The notes under the pieces were generated by a model that saw only the letters and a list, made by a program, of their open reading frames with translations, was not told where the DNA came from and did not search any database. A DNA stretch of 64,000 nucleotides. It comes from Octopus sinensis. Its lineage: Eukaryota. The translations under genes and the position numbers were made by a program. Below, piece by piece: positions 26,011 through 39,889 of this stretch; the stretch's first letter is position 1, and every line of letters begins with the position of its first letter. The stretch is taken from positions 55,366,001-55,430,000 of the forward strand of contig NC_043001.1 in NCBI RefSeq assembly GCF_006345805.1. Direction: 5' to 3'.

Positions 26011-28187
26011 CAGGTACAACATAAGTGAATGATTAGAACATTCACTTTGCAACAACAAAGTTCTGGTTTCAATCCCACTGCATGGCATTTTGGGAAAATG
26101 TCATATTCTTTAACATTGGGTCAACATATATTTTGTGAGTGCAACTGGAAATTGAATAAAAGCCTGAAAGGCCGGTTTGTGCCTCATAATTCAAAGAGTA
26201 CAGCCTTGTCATACACTGTGTCTAATTAATTCTGCTTGAGAATTACATTAGGAATACACACACATCTGACAAATGGTCACCATTTATAGGTTCATTTAAG
26301 AACAGGCAATGCAGTTGCCTCATCATTAAATATTGGCGATCCAACACCTTGATACAAATGTATGTGTATATAAGCATATGAGTGTGTAGGTGTTTGAGTT
26401 GCTTCCTTTGCAATCACAAGATTTAGAGTTTGATCTCATCGATTATTATTTTGGGTAAATGTCTTCTGCCAAAGCTTTCGAATAACCGAAGCAGAGAGAA
26501 ACAGTGTGTGGAAGCGAGTTGGATATACTGTACATATAATCCAAAGGGCCAACTCTATTGCAATGCTTCTGGCTGAGAACGGCATTAAGGGTGTCTGAAT
26601 CTGTGGAATACTTAACAACCAGCACTTTAATACAATGAGTTGGTAGTTCAGTGCATCAGACAACTAGAATACACATTGTTAAAACTAGCAGAGGATCCAC
26701 TTACTTATTTTTATACACATAATGTGTTTTTATTGGCTTGCTCTCCTAACCAGCAGGGTGGTGCCATTTGAAGGCTAAAACAATGCAAAATGCACTGTGA
26801 CCAGCGATGTGTAACAACATTTGATAGGCTGGTAAGTCACGTGGTCACGTGATGTGTTTGTACACAAATGTGTTAATGGATGTTCATGATATGGATATTC
26901 TTGTAATTTGGCTGCAGACCAATCCTGAATTAGCAGACATACCAAAGATATTCCAGTCATACCAAAGGCATTCTATCTTGTTCTTGTTTTTCTTAAAACA
27001 TTGTGTATCAAGGACAACATTGAGCAATGTGACATTTCTTCTTTTTTTTCATTTTTAAATAGTAGAATGTAACAACAAAAAAAAAGGCTACTATTTCTAA
27101 CAGGTCAAATAGTCCTCATTGGTTTGTGGAAAGTGATGTTAGTGTATATAAACTTATATGATATTGCACTGAAATATGTGCAAATATATATTCATTTCGT
27201 GATTTGACTATACATATTATCGTATGATAGTATGAGTGTGTGTGTGTGTGTGTATGTGTGAGTAGGAGTTAATGCTGTATATATGTAAGTGTTGAGATGT
27301 GTGTCAGTTTGTAATTAATAGAGAAATCTAAAATTTCTAGTAAACATGAAGGAAGAGACTTCAAACAAATTCAATGAAAGGAAACTCCATACAGAGGGCG
27401 CATGACATATCTTGGTGTGTGTATATGCATTTATGCACTTATTCACACATACATATAATCAGCCATATGTAGAAGAAAATATAAACATGGCTAAATATGT
27501 ACCCACACACACACATAAATATAGGTATCTATGTATACACATATATACATGCATATATCCACACACATACACACACACGCACACACATATAGATAGATAG
27601 GTAGATACATACATACATATCTATACATCTAGAATGGAAAACAGATGATAAATGAAGATGATGACACACACACACATGAAGAGAGAGAGAGAGAGAAAGA
27701 GAGGGAGAGAAAAAGAGAAGGAGAGAGAGAGATGGATAAATAGATAGACAGGTAAATATTGGAATATAGATATGAAGATGTACACAAGCACACACACACA
27801 AGTGCATATGCACACACATACACACACACTTACTCTAACACACACATTCATATACATAGGCAAACACACATTTTACTACAGCAGAAGCTTAATTAACAAA
27901 AGAGCAAAAGCTTTAAAGTTGAAAAACCACACAGCTGGTGAAAAACAGCCTATAAAGTTAGTGACACTAGTCACTAAGAGGTTTTAAAACTAAATTTAAT
28001 TTACAGCCCAGCTGAACATCCATTAGTCAGGTGGCACGGGAATTGAAAGTGTAGGAATTCTGCACACAAACACATAATAAATGTATACACAGACACACAC
28101 GTTCTATAGATGCATCCATATATTTGTGGCACACATAATAAAAAAGAATGGAAATAAGCACTGAGCAATGATGTGTATGAGTGTGTC

Positions 28188-28541
<354 letters not shown>

Positions 28542-29622
28542 CATGGTGTACAAAAAATGTATACATACTTTAGCAGCTGATGACTCAATTGATGCTTTTT
28601 CTTCCTAGATTAAACCCATTGGAATTAATGATGGCAATCAGACTAAACTTTGAACAAAGGAAATTCATTCTGAACTGCTACTGGAAGTGTGAAAAAGCAG
28701 TTGAAGTGCAAAGACAGTTTAGGAGAGGATTACAAACAGATCCACGAATGCGATTTACCATCACTCGAATTAGAGATAAGTTTGAAGCCAATGGAACTGT
28801 TCAGAATGTCCACAAGAAGCATTCCAGAAGACCATGAACATCGACAACCCCAACAAAGCAAGAAGGAGTGCTGGAAACTTATCACCAAAGTCCAACAAAA
28901 TCTCTCAAGGAAGTCGTGAGGTAGATACTTTAAAATCATCTGTCCAACGCATTTTGAAGCGTTGTCAATGAAAAAGTTACATTGCAAGATTAGTCCATGC
29001 TATTAATGATGATGACCCAGATCAAAGAGTGCAGTACTGTGAATGGTATTAGGCATGCTGTGTAGAAGATGCTCACTTTCCAATAAAGATTGTATGGAGT
29101 GATGAGGCCACATTCAAATTAAACGGTTTAATTAACTGTCACAATTGCACCTACTGGGGACCTGAGAATCTGCATGTTATGGTGGAACACCATGTTAATT
29201 TACCAGGAGTTACAATGTGGGGTGGCTCATCATCAAGAGGATTAACTAGACCATTCTTTTTGACGCTATTGCGACTGGTCCCATTTACTTGAAATTGCTG
29301 CAACAGTCTGTCATGCCAAGCATTAAAGAAGACTTTGAAGATGCGGAGCATTATTTTCAGCAAGATAGGGCACTCCCACACTACCATCGTAATGTTAGAG
29401 CCTTCCATGATGCGATCTAGCCAAATAGATGGATTGGACGAGGGGTTACATTGAATACTCTCCATGTTCACCAGACCTCAAACCACTACACTTGTTTTAT
29501 GGGGATATCTAAAAGACAAAGTCTACACTATGAAACATGCAACAGGTGCTGATTTGAGAGCAGCCATTGAATGTGAATGCACACAGATACAAAACGAATA
29601 ATTTTGTGATGTTTGCGATTCC
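28542..29622 (+). mobile_element. Decayed Tc1/mariner-superfamily DNA transposon (DUF4817-type HTH, DD41D/rosa-like transposase pseudogene)
   Basis: MAIRLNFEQRKFILNCYWK..VEVQRQFRR..IRDKFEANGTV; [13 protein letters not shown]; [34 protein letters not shown], with stops and frameshifts; begins at TA|CATGGTGTACAAAAAATG inside a TA microsatellite. Confidence 0.85.
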
Positions 29623-29627
29623 ATATA

Positions 29628-29660
<33 letters not shown>

Positions 29661-29664
29661 TTAT

Positions 29665-29782
<118 letters not shown>

Positions 29783-29868
29783 CTGTATATTATATATGCA
29801 TAATATATATATATATTTCAAAATTATGTTACTATGATGCTAGGTGTTTCTATTATTTTGTCCAACCC

Positions 29869-29899
<31 letters not shown>

Positions 29900-31299
29900 A
29901 TCAAACACATAGTGATAGATATATGAATAAATGCAAATATATATTTATGTATGTGTGTGGTTACACACATATATACATTTGTAAATTACTCCATATGAAC
30001 AAACACAATTTGAGTGATACAGATACAAACTTTCAATTACCTTTATAATCTCACAACACACTTCATACCTTGTATACAGATACAATATTTACAATAACAC
30101 ATAACACACACTTACATACATGCATGCACACACATACACAGACACTCTCTCTCACACACACACACCGTCTATTTCAACACCACTAGAATCATGCTTGTTT
30201 AAATACTTTGGCACACAACATTTAAATAAACACACAGAAACACATCTTAGCAATAAAAATGGATGTTATTGCCTATGAGACTTCAGGGTAAAGTGTTGGT
30301 GGTGAAGGGATGATATGAAATTGTGTTATGGTTATGTGGAGAGAGAGAGAATGAAGGACAGAGAGAGAGAGAGAGAGAGAGAAGGACATGGAGAGAGAGA
30401 GGGAGTGAATGAGGAGGGAGGGGTAATGCAAAGACAAAGAAGGGGTGAATGGAAAATTTAGAGAAATTTCATTTGAAAAAGGTCAAAGAAAAGCAAAATA
30501 GAACCCTAAAAAACTCTCATAAAACTGCTATCTAGAGTACAAGACTACTTGAGCAAAATGCAAAAAGAAAAATGTTGACCTTGACAAAATTAAAACTGAT
30601 TGACACCCTCCACACCCCAACACACATGTATGTATGTATGTATGTATGTAGTATGTATGTATGTACGTATTTATGTATGTATGTATGTATGTATTTATGT
30701 ATGTATGTATGTATGCATGCATGTAGGCATATATATATATATTTACACACACACATTTTTATTAGTATTTAGCAGAAGTAACAGAGCAGCTTAAGATCTA
30801 AGAGTTTCTACTATCTCTCTTTCTCTCTCTCCATATATATATATATATACACACACACACAAATAAGGTGAGCATAATCCATTGGGTGCATAATGTTAAT
30901 GTTCTTGAATAATGGGAGCATAATAAAACTGATAGAAGACTGAACCTAACCACAGTAATGGCTGTGTGGCACCTTGGGTAAGTGCCTTCTATTATAATAG
31001 CCTTAGGGAGACCAAAGCCTTGTGAGTAGATTTGATAGACAGAAACTGAAAGAAGTCTATCATATATATATATATATATACATGAGTGTGTGACACTGAT
31101 ATTTATTATCTTAAAGCTTATAAGTAATCACTGTGTATTGACTAAAGAAAGTAATCTAATTTGGGGGCAAATAAGCACACTTATCACGAATATAAGAGGT
31201 GTGCCCCATGAATACGGAAAACCCGCTTTTTTCCGTTGTGGACTTATATGCCCCAATATTAGACTAATTTCTTTACTGAATACATGGTGATTGTTTATA

Positions 31300-31649
31300 A
31301 GCAGTACACATGCCCAATTGTACAAGTAATTCGCTGTATGAGCCGAGACTCGTGTGAATTTTTGTCTTGCAGTACGAGTAGAAATCCACAGTACAAGCAC
31401 ACAAATCCCATCGTTAAGGTAACTCAGCAAATAAAACCAGTTTACATATTTCTTTTGCATTCTATTTGTAACTACACCTTTTCTGTTTTAAAACCTATAA
31501 GAAATTATTTTTGAGTGGTTTTTGGGGACTGGAACGGATCAATTACATTTTAGTTTATTTCAATGGGGAAAATTGATTTGTAAAACAAGTAAATCATAAG
31601 ACGAGCTCAGTCATGGAACAAATTAAACTTGTACTGCGAGGTATCATTG

Positions 31650-31651
<2 letters not shown>
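31300..31651. mobile_element. Tigger/pogo-like non-autonomous element fragment
   Basis: Ends ACTTGTACTGCGAGGTATCATTG|TA, resembling CAGTGRTACCTCG-type termini on the other strand. Confidence 0.45.
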
Positions 31652-31680
<29 letters not shown>

Positions 31681-32955
31681 TGTGTGTCTGTGTGTGTCCT
31701 CAAACTTAGCAGTTTGGCAAAAATGACTGACAGAATAAGTACTAGGCTTTTAAAAAAACGTCTGGGGTCGATCTGTTTGACTAAAAACCATTGAAGGCAG
31801 TGCCCCAGCATGGCTGCAGTCAAATGACTGTAACAAGATAAAAGATAAGAGAAATCAAAAGCAGTATGACACATTGGTATAGATATGTGATATGTATATG
31901 GAAGAGGAAAAACTCCAAGTGAAAGGCATTGCAGAAGAGGAAAACGAAGGAAGGCATGGGTAAATATAGTGAAAATTGATCTCAGAATGCTGAAACTCAC
32001 AAAGGAAATGGTGACTGATAAGTGGAGAGATACAATAACGAAGAAGATTTGTCCAATCCATGGTTGTGTGGTATGTAGCTTGCTTCCCAACCACATGGTT
32101 CTGGGTTCATTCTCAATGTGTGGTACCTTGGGCTGATCAAAGCCTTGTGAGTGGATTTGGAAGAAGGAAACTGAAAGAAGCCCATTGTATATATATATAT
32201 GTATGTGTGTTTGTGTGTCTTTGACCCCATCCAATGTTGACAACCCACCCAGCACAGGTGAGTTTACATCCCAGTAACTTAACAGTTTGGCAAAAGTGAC
32301 CGATAGACTAAGTACCAAGCTTTAAAGAGTTAAGTACTGAGTTTGATCCATCTAGCTAAAAATTCTTCAGCACGGTGCCCCAGCATGGCCTCAGTAAAAA
32401 ATCAACAGCTGGCTGGTGAAATAAATGTTCAAGTGGCTGAGCACTCCACAGACATGTGTACCTTTAATGTAGTTCTCATGGAGATTCAAAGCGACACAGC
32501 GTAAGACAAGGCTGGCCCTTTGAAATACAAGTACTACACACTTTTGTCAGCTGAGTGGAATAGAACAACATGAAACGAAGTGTCTCTCTCAAGGACACAA
32601 TGCACCACCGAGAATTGAACTTATGACCTTATAACTGTGAGCTGAATACTGTTCACAACTAAGTCACACTCATGTTTATGAGGATATATATAAATACATA
32701 AACCATTGATCTCTGGATAAGAGATATGAAGAAGAAAAGTATTTCAACTAAAAGATCCTTCAGTCACACATTCCATTCAAAACATGAGGCAACACATATA
32801 ATAAGGAGGAGCAAGTGACAGAGGTTTATAAAATGTAGTAAATCCAGTTGAGAGATACAGACTAGCTCACAGAAGAGCAGAGACAAAAACTGGGAATAAG
32901 ATGAATTGACTGTAGTAAGCAAGAAAGAAGACTGTGTTGGTATAGACATGTGATA

Positions 32956-33156
32956 TGAGGAGGTGCTGAAAAGTTCCTGGCTTTAAGGGTGTAGTGAAAG
33001 CCTGTTTAGAGTCTCAACCCTCTGAGTTCTTTTACAGAAAAACTGAAGGGCCGCAGCAATAAGTGTGTGAATCAGAGTGGGGAATATGTGGAATAAAATT
33101 ACAATCCTCTCGTATTTTCTTTTACCCAAAGTTAAGAAGAGTTCAGCACCCCCTCA
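32956..33156. mobile_element. Mariner-derived MITE (about 200 bp)
   Basis: TA|TGAGGAGGTGCTGAAAAGTTCCT ... AAGAAGAGTTCAGCACCCCCTCA|TA inverted termini with TA duplication. Confidence 0.75.
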
Positions 33157-33936
33157 TATTGTGTAGAGGCTGACAGTTGGGTAAATTAATTCCAACCATG
33201 TGGTTGGAATAAATGGAAGAGGAAGGTGAAGGCTGACTGCAGAAAGCTTGAAATTTCTCAAGGAGATAAAAAGAAATTCAACAAGTTGTGAGATGCTGTG
33301 CCAGAGAAGACCAGTCCAATGTATGTAAGCATGAAAAAAATAGACATAAAATGATGAAGATATATGTTGTGTGAATAGTATGTTTGGAGGTATAAATGGG
33401 GAAAGAAAAGAACTCAGTATATGTAGTTTTTTGTTAGTTTTTTTTTATATTCAATTGTAGTTGAAGATTAACTCTATTGTTACTCTGATTTTCTCAAAAT
33501 CAGAATAGTAATAAAGAGAAACACCAGTTTCACACACAAACGGTTTTGTGCTCTGAGCAGTACCTCAGGTCAATTCAAGCCTTGAAAGTGATATGCCATT
33601 GACAGAAACTATGTAGAAAGCTATCTGTTGGCCTGTACCAGTATTTCAAATGCTTAGCTTTGGCACATGCATTGATACACTGATTCTATGCAAGAATTAT
33701 AGTAAAGAGAACAAGTGTTTGTGGAATATTCAACCACTTACACTTAAAAATCTGTTAAACAGATAATTCTGTTGATGGAGCCAATGTAAGATCCATTGTA
33801 ATCATTGTGTTAAACAACAACAACTTACCTTCTTCCCTGCTAAATCAGAAAACATTTTGAAAAAAGAAATGAAATGTTACTTGGTTCTCAAGAGTAACCT
33901 CAAAACTGTGATGGATAAAACAAGCTAAAGTATTAA

Positions 33937-34155
33937 CCCTTTAGAATTTAAACCAGCTGTATTCAGCCCAAATATTCTATCTGTTTTGTGTTCAAACTGG
34001 CCAGATTCAGTACCTCGCACTTATCAACAATGCCATTCTAAAAATATACAATCACATCATTGAAATCTCAAAGCTACGAAATAATGCATGATTAATTCAA
34101 AATAATATGATTAAATAAGCATTACATTTAATAAAGTAATCTGAATGCTAAAGGG
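33937..34155 (+). mobile_element. piggyBac-like MITE, complete copy (219 bp)
   Basis: TTAA|CCCTTTAG...CTAAAGGG|TTAA: inverted CCC/GGG termini and TTAA duplication. Confidence 0.8.
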
Positions 34156-34184
34156 TTAAAAAATAAGTGTTTCCAAAATCTTAC

Positions 34185-34309
34185 CTGTTCTATACCCTTC
34201 CGCCAGTAAATTGCAGGAATAGGGCTGCCATTGGCTCCACACTGCAGAGACAGGGTCCGTCCAAGGCCAATCATTTTGCTCGTTGGGGAAATTACAAACT
34301 CTGGAACAG
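34185..34309 (-). CDS. robo: Robo exon, Ig4 N-terminal half (125 nt, phase 1 to 0)
   Basis: catttcag|CTGTTCCA...GAACAG|gtaaga; (A)VPEFVISPTSKMIGLGRTLSLQCGANGSPIPAIYWRKGIEQ. Confidence 0.95.
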
Positions 34310-35052
34310 CTGAAATGAAGCAAAAATAAGGTAGAACATGATCTAAGACAAGAAAATGTTTTTCAACTCTTTTTGATAAATTAAAAAACGGGAGGTGCAT
34401 TTCTTCTTACTGTTTCTTATAACATGACACTGTCTATGCTGGAGGATGCAAAATTTGAAACAGTCACTGTCAATGCTCAGCCTGAATAAGTGAAGATAAA
34501 AATGTACATTGCCGAGGAACCAGGAACATAGGTAGATGGTGGAGTGATGCAAATGTTTACAAGGGAGAAAATTCCACTAAAGGAACCTATGGATCAATGG
34601 GTGTTATAAGAAAGATATGTTAAGGGTCTACCACCAACATGTGTGACAGTAAATATTACCAAATTTCATTTAAATAAGCAAAGTTTTTAATTATCTCTAT
34701 CATATTAGGTGTCAATACTTATAGACATTACCCTCATAACCTTAAGACTAAAACAGTCAAAAATAGATGGGATGGGATATTCAGTTTTAAAACTACTCAA
34801 ATTATTATTAATGGATTTTATGCAAGTCCATACCAGTTTTGTAGTTCATCTTTATGTCCTCACATATGTTGCCTTTATTAAAGATAAAGACATTACTATT
34901 ATTATTATTATCATTATTATTATTTCTTTGAGGTTGACTTTGCATTTAATTTTTTAGGGTTGATAAATTAAGTACCAGTGAAACACTGGGGTTGATGTAA
35001 TTGACTAGTCCCCTCCCCCAAAGTTTCAGGCCTTGTGCTTTTAATAGAAAGG

Positions 35053-35085
<33 letters not shown>

Positions 35086-35088
<3 letters not shown>

Positions 35089-35606
35089 CAGTCTTATTTT
35101 TATCATGTGCTTTCACTGCACTAGGGAACGCAGCTCTGTATGCCTTGTGTATGTACTGTTGTTTGTTGTGATGTTATTTTTTTAACTGTATTGAAAGTGT
35201 TTTATGTAGGATGTGTGTGGTGCCTAGCAGTGTTATTTTCTGTGTTATATATACTTGTTAGTCTGAATATTTTTTTTTATCATACCTAATGCGCCTACTA
35301 TAATAAGAAGTTTCTGTTTTTAGACTTAACATTCGAGTTACCTCTATTTCCAGGTCTTTGTATTTTGAAAGTTTCTCCATTTATTTTAGAGAAACACTGT
35401 CATCTGTTGGTACTGATACATCAATTAGAAAGCATTTTTTTCTTGGTGATCTCTGACAACTATATTTGACCTGTTGGCCTTAATTTCTGTATCTGTGTGT
35501 ATTGACATATTCCAGAGTATGGTTACTTTCTCATTTTCTGTGACCTTCTCTGGCGTCTGCCTATACCATCTTTTTTCTGTTTTTATTCTACAGTGTTGGC
35601 ATAGCT
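35086..35606 (-). mobile_element. R4/Dong-like LINE 3' fragment with restriction-like endonuclease domain, inside a (TAA)n tract
   Basis: Minus-strand reading LWNMSIHTDTEIKANR..IVVRDH..CFLIDVSVP..EKLSKYKDLEIEV..IIVGALGMIK; (TTA)n on both sides. Confidence 0.8.
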
Positions 35607-37260
35607 TATTATTATTATTATTATTATTATTATTGCTGGTAAAATTGTTACTATACTGGGCAAAATACTTAGCAGCAATTCTTCTGGTTTTACATTCTGA
35701 GTTTAAATTTCACTGAAGTTGATTTTGCTTTTCATTCTTTCAGGGTCAACAAAAAAAGACCAATGAAGGACTGGCATCAATATAATCAACTAGTCCCCGC
35801 CCCATCTCCTTGCCAAAATTTCAGGCCTTGTGCCTAGAGTAGACATAATTATTATTATTGCCATACTATTATTTTGGCATTAGGAAGGGCATCCAGCTGT
35901 AGAAACCAAGCCAAACCAGACTGCAGCATGGTACAGCTCTCCTGCTTACCAGTTTCCAGTCAAACCATCTAACTCATGCCAGCATGGAAAGCAGATGTTA
36001 AAAAAAAATAAAATTATTAATGATGGAAGATCAATTGTATTGTGAGTGTCAACTTCAAAACTTTGTGATATTTGTTTTGGCTCTTTATGCTGAGTTCAAA
36101 TCCTACCAATTTTGCCTTCCATCATTCCAGGTCTGACAAAATAGAGTACTTACTTATCAAACAGGAGAATCAATTTAATTAATGTCTTCCCATCCAAATT
36201 ACTAGCCTTATTCCTATCTAAGAAATATTTTTTTTTCTTCATAATTACTATTAATACTGTTACACTGTTGAAAACTAGGCCATTTGATTTTCTTGTAACA
36301 TTCTAAGTAATAATGACATGTTAAATTCCTCAAGCAGTCAGGTGAAAGCTCTCACAGAGCACAATATGTACTTTCAGAATGTGATTATTGTCCTCTGTTA
36401 CAGGTCTTTTAGATTTGGAATAATCTTCAGAGAATGTTCTTCTCAACTTGAAACACTCATATAACTTATGACATTGCACATGACTAACCCGTCATCTCTG
36501 TAAAAGTTTTTTTATCAATGTAAAGTAGACTTCCACAGAAACCTATTGATCTTCCAAACCTTTCAGTTGTTTGACTTGTGACAAACTGCCAATCTTACAT
36601 GATGTACGTTCACTCGAGAACATGTAGATCAATGACTAACTGATATTGCTTTAAGACTGAAAGTGAAGGTTACCTATACACAATACTGCACTGAGTGGTT
36701 GGTGCTCTGTTATAAAAGTTTGATTTCTTTTAAGGCAGTCCCTGTATATTATTTGCTTGCATAAACTTCAATATATCTGCATAAGTAAGACTCACTGAAG
36801 CTCACTGCAAGTTTCAAGCAAATATGAAAGGAATCAATAAGGGAATTTGACCCAACAAGGGAGGGTCTAAGTAGTCACTTGATTTGCTAAAAATAGCTGC
36901 CATGTTACTCTGAAATCACACCTATCATCTTAGAAAAAGGGAGGACACACTGAGTACTGTAGTGTAGAATGCACAAAGCTGGAGTAAAAAAGAAACAAAA
37001 CAAGATACTTATGGCTGGAGTATCTTTGATCACAAAGATAATCTGTGGGGTTAACAACAACAATGAGATACAGAACAATTACACTGGAAGATAACATAAA
37101 AGAAAAAACATATATTTGAAAAAGCAACAATAAAAAATAATACCTGACCATACAAAAAAAAACAATAAATGAAAATTTTTTTTAAATATAAAAAGAAACT
37201 GAACATAAAAAATACATTTGAAAATAAATAAAAGTAAAGAAAACCGAGGACTGTTTTTAC

Positions 37261-37290
37261 CATGTGAATTTAATATCCTGCAGTGAACTT
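37261..37290 (-). CDS. Candidate 30-nt microexon between Ig3 and Ig4 (EVHCRILNSH)
   Basis: ctctcttttactttgtaaataacactttgtttag|AAGTTCACTGCAGGATATTAAATTCACATG|gtaaaa; phase 1 to 1, no stop, multiple of 3; donor only moderate. Confidence 0.3.
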
Positions 37291-39858
37291 CTAAACAAAG
37301 TGTTATTTACAAAGTAAAAGAGAGGGAGCTGCCGGAAGTCAACAGACTGTGTCATATTGAATATTCTCGAAAACAGTCATGAACTTCAGCAATAAATACA
37401 GAAACTAGGATTTATGTTATTGCTGTTGTCTATACTATTGTGAAATTTCTTGATATATTTATCTTTTTCTTTTCTCTTTGGTTCTGATTTAATTTTTGGC
37501 TGGATTACTTCTACAAATTTCTATTTTTCCTTCCTAAAATTAGATCCACCAGAATCCATGGAGCTTGGCTGAGCAGTTAACTTAGGTGTTTTATAGCTTT
37601 AAGCACATGTACATTAAGAGAAATAATCATATCTTTATCCCTATCTATGGAAAGGATATTACTTGGTCTACCATAAATAGATTTTTTTCCCCTCCGTCCT
37701 GCAAAATGAACAGGAATTTGATACTGGAAGCTGACTGTTGATACTCAGTAATTCTGCTTGTTCGCCATTGCTTACAATGATCTGCTACAAACCAATGAGA
37801 CAGTTTCCCTATAGTTGTTTGAGCATAAAGAAACTGCAGCTAAATTTCCAGTAAATCAGAAATTCCACTCTTAAATAAAGTACATATTGGAATACTTTTG
37901 ATCCTAGGTCAGTTTAATGAAGGCTGACCTAAGGCTAAATTGTAACAGCAGTCTACTACAATACTCTCTCTCAGACTTCTATCTCTCACATATTGTTATG
38001 CAAATATGAAGAAAGTAGTCTAGTGTGTGTGTCTCTGTGTATCTGTGAGAGAGAAAGAGTGAAAGAGAGAGAGAGGGGGGAAGAATCATGATTAAGTTCT
38101 TGTGCAATTTTAAATTCATAATTTTAAATTTCATGGAAGACATATTGAAATCGAACAATCTCAAGAATAAAAAAGAGTATAAATCCTTTCGTTTATACTT
38201 TTCACAGATTGCAGTGAAAGAATTTAGCAAATTTTCTTTCACAGATTTATTCTTGAGATAGCTAAATTTCAGCATTTCCTCTGTTATTATATGCACAAAG
38301 TTTGATGTGATTTTTAAGTACTAAAAATAAGTTTTATAGCTGATTTTATATTATACTCTCAATTAGATTAAGTTATCCTTGTCTGCAAGTCATCTACAGA
38401 ATTTTAATTAAATATACAGTAGTTTTTACATATTCCTTTAAAATGAAAATTCAACAAACTCCAATATGGCAATTATGGAGGCAACTGGTTCTAATTCAAT
38501 TGATAATTTTTAACACAGAAACTGCCTTACTCTGTGAGCAAAATGACAAGATGAACTATATTCCTAATAAACAATATCCTGTACCATTTCAATTGGATAA
38601 ACTAAATCTTTGAATTATGCAAGGGCATTATAGTGATCCTGAATTTACACACACACACAGGATGATTCATAAGTCCCTAAGGTATTTAACTAATTTGTAA
38701 ATCTCTGGATGAGGCCATGAAAGTTAAGGCAAAAATTTTAGCTCAATCAATTTGAGAGAGAGAAAGAGAGAGTTAGAACACAAGATGCAGTTTGGATTTT
38801 GTATCAGGATAATGTACTACAAAGAGTTATTTAGTAAACAATGCCCTGATGCAAGTTCAACCTTGCCATCTGCACTTCATCTTGCATTTCAGATGGCAGG
38901 ATCACAGTTCTGAGATATAGGTTCCTGCACCACACTGGCACAATTAATTTGGAGGCCCTCATTACCTCATTGCAGCTGTGCTGGGTGGGGTGTGGTTACT
39001 GGATGGAGGGTGGTAGGATCCCAAAGGAGGTGTGGTGGCCAGGCTAATGGTTGTGATATAGGGATATGCTGAAAAGACATATGAAGAAGTCCAGCATCTT
39101 CTCAGACACCTAGGAGAAGGCCCTGTGGTGTCACAAAAGACATTGATTGTTGAGGATTGTTATTCCAGCCATTGAGGAGAAACAGAGTGAATACAAACGA
39201 GCACATGAGAGGGCTGACTTCTCCATTACATCAAGTAGCTTCACCTGCAGCAGATCAAGAGCAGGCCTTGTAGCCCACATGTGAGCCTGCCAGAGATGAT
39301 TACTAAACAAGAAAAATGTAGAACTACAATGGACAGCAGAAGAATATATGGACAAAGTACTGAAGAACAACCTCAGGAAGCTGAACCTTTCAGGTGAGAT
39401 GACAAAGGACTGAGACACCTGGTGCCTGGCTGTACTCAAGGAGACATGTACCTTACAACAGACTGATCCTCTGGCTGTGTAAAGCACCCATAGCATTGCC
39501 ACATAAAAGAGCTAATGCAGCATCATGTAAAAGGGCCCATGTGGTGCCATGTAAAAGCATCCAACACACTTTGTAAAGTGGTTGGGATTAGGAAGGGCAT
39601 CCTGCCATAGAAACCATGCTAAACTAGACAGGGACTTGGTGTAGTCCTACCGGCTTGCCAGCTCTGGTCACACTGTCCAACCCATTTTAGCATGGACAAT
39701 GGACATTAAATGGTAATGATGATACATATGTATATATACACATATATATGTCCAATCCATGCCAGCATGGAAAACATGTTAAATAATGATGATGATGATG
39801 ATAATAATATACATATATCTAAATTTCAAATGCCACTAACATGTATAGAAAAAAATGG

Positions 39859-39889
<31 letters not shown>

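Noticed and set aside
37138-37175. Recursive splice site (poly-U...CAG|GTATTA) in the 13-kb intron
   Set aside because: The regenerated donor GTATTA is poor, and such AGGT matches are expected by chance in U-rich sequence.
37335-37387. miRNA-like hairpin (GAAGT/ACTTC, GACTGT/ACAGTC)
   Set aside because: Stems are too short and interrupted for a pre-miRNA, and I recognise no known mature sequence.
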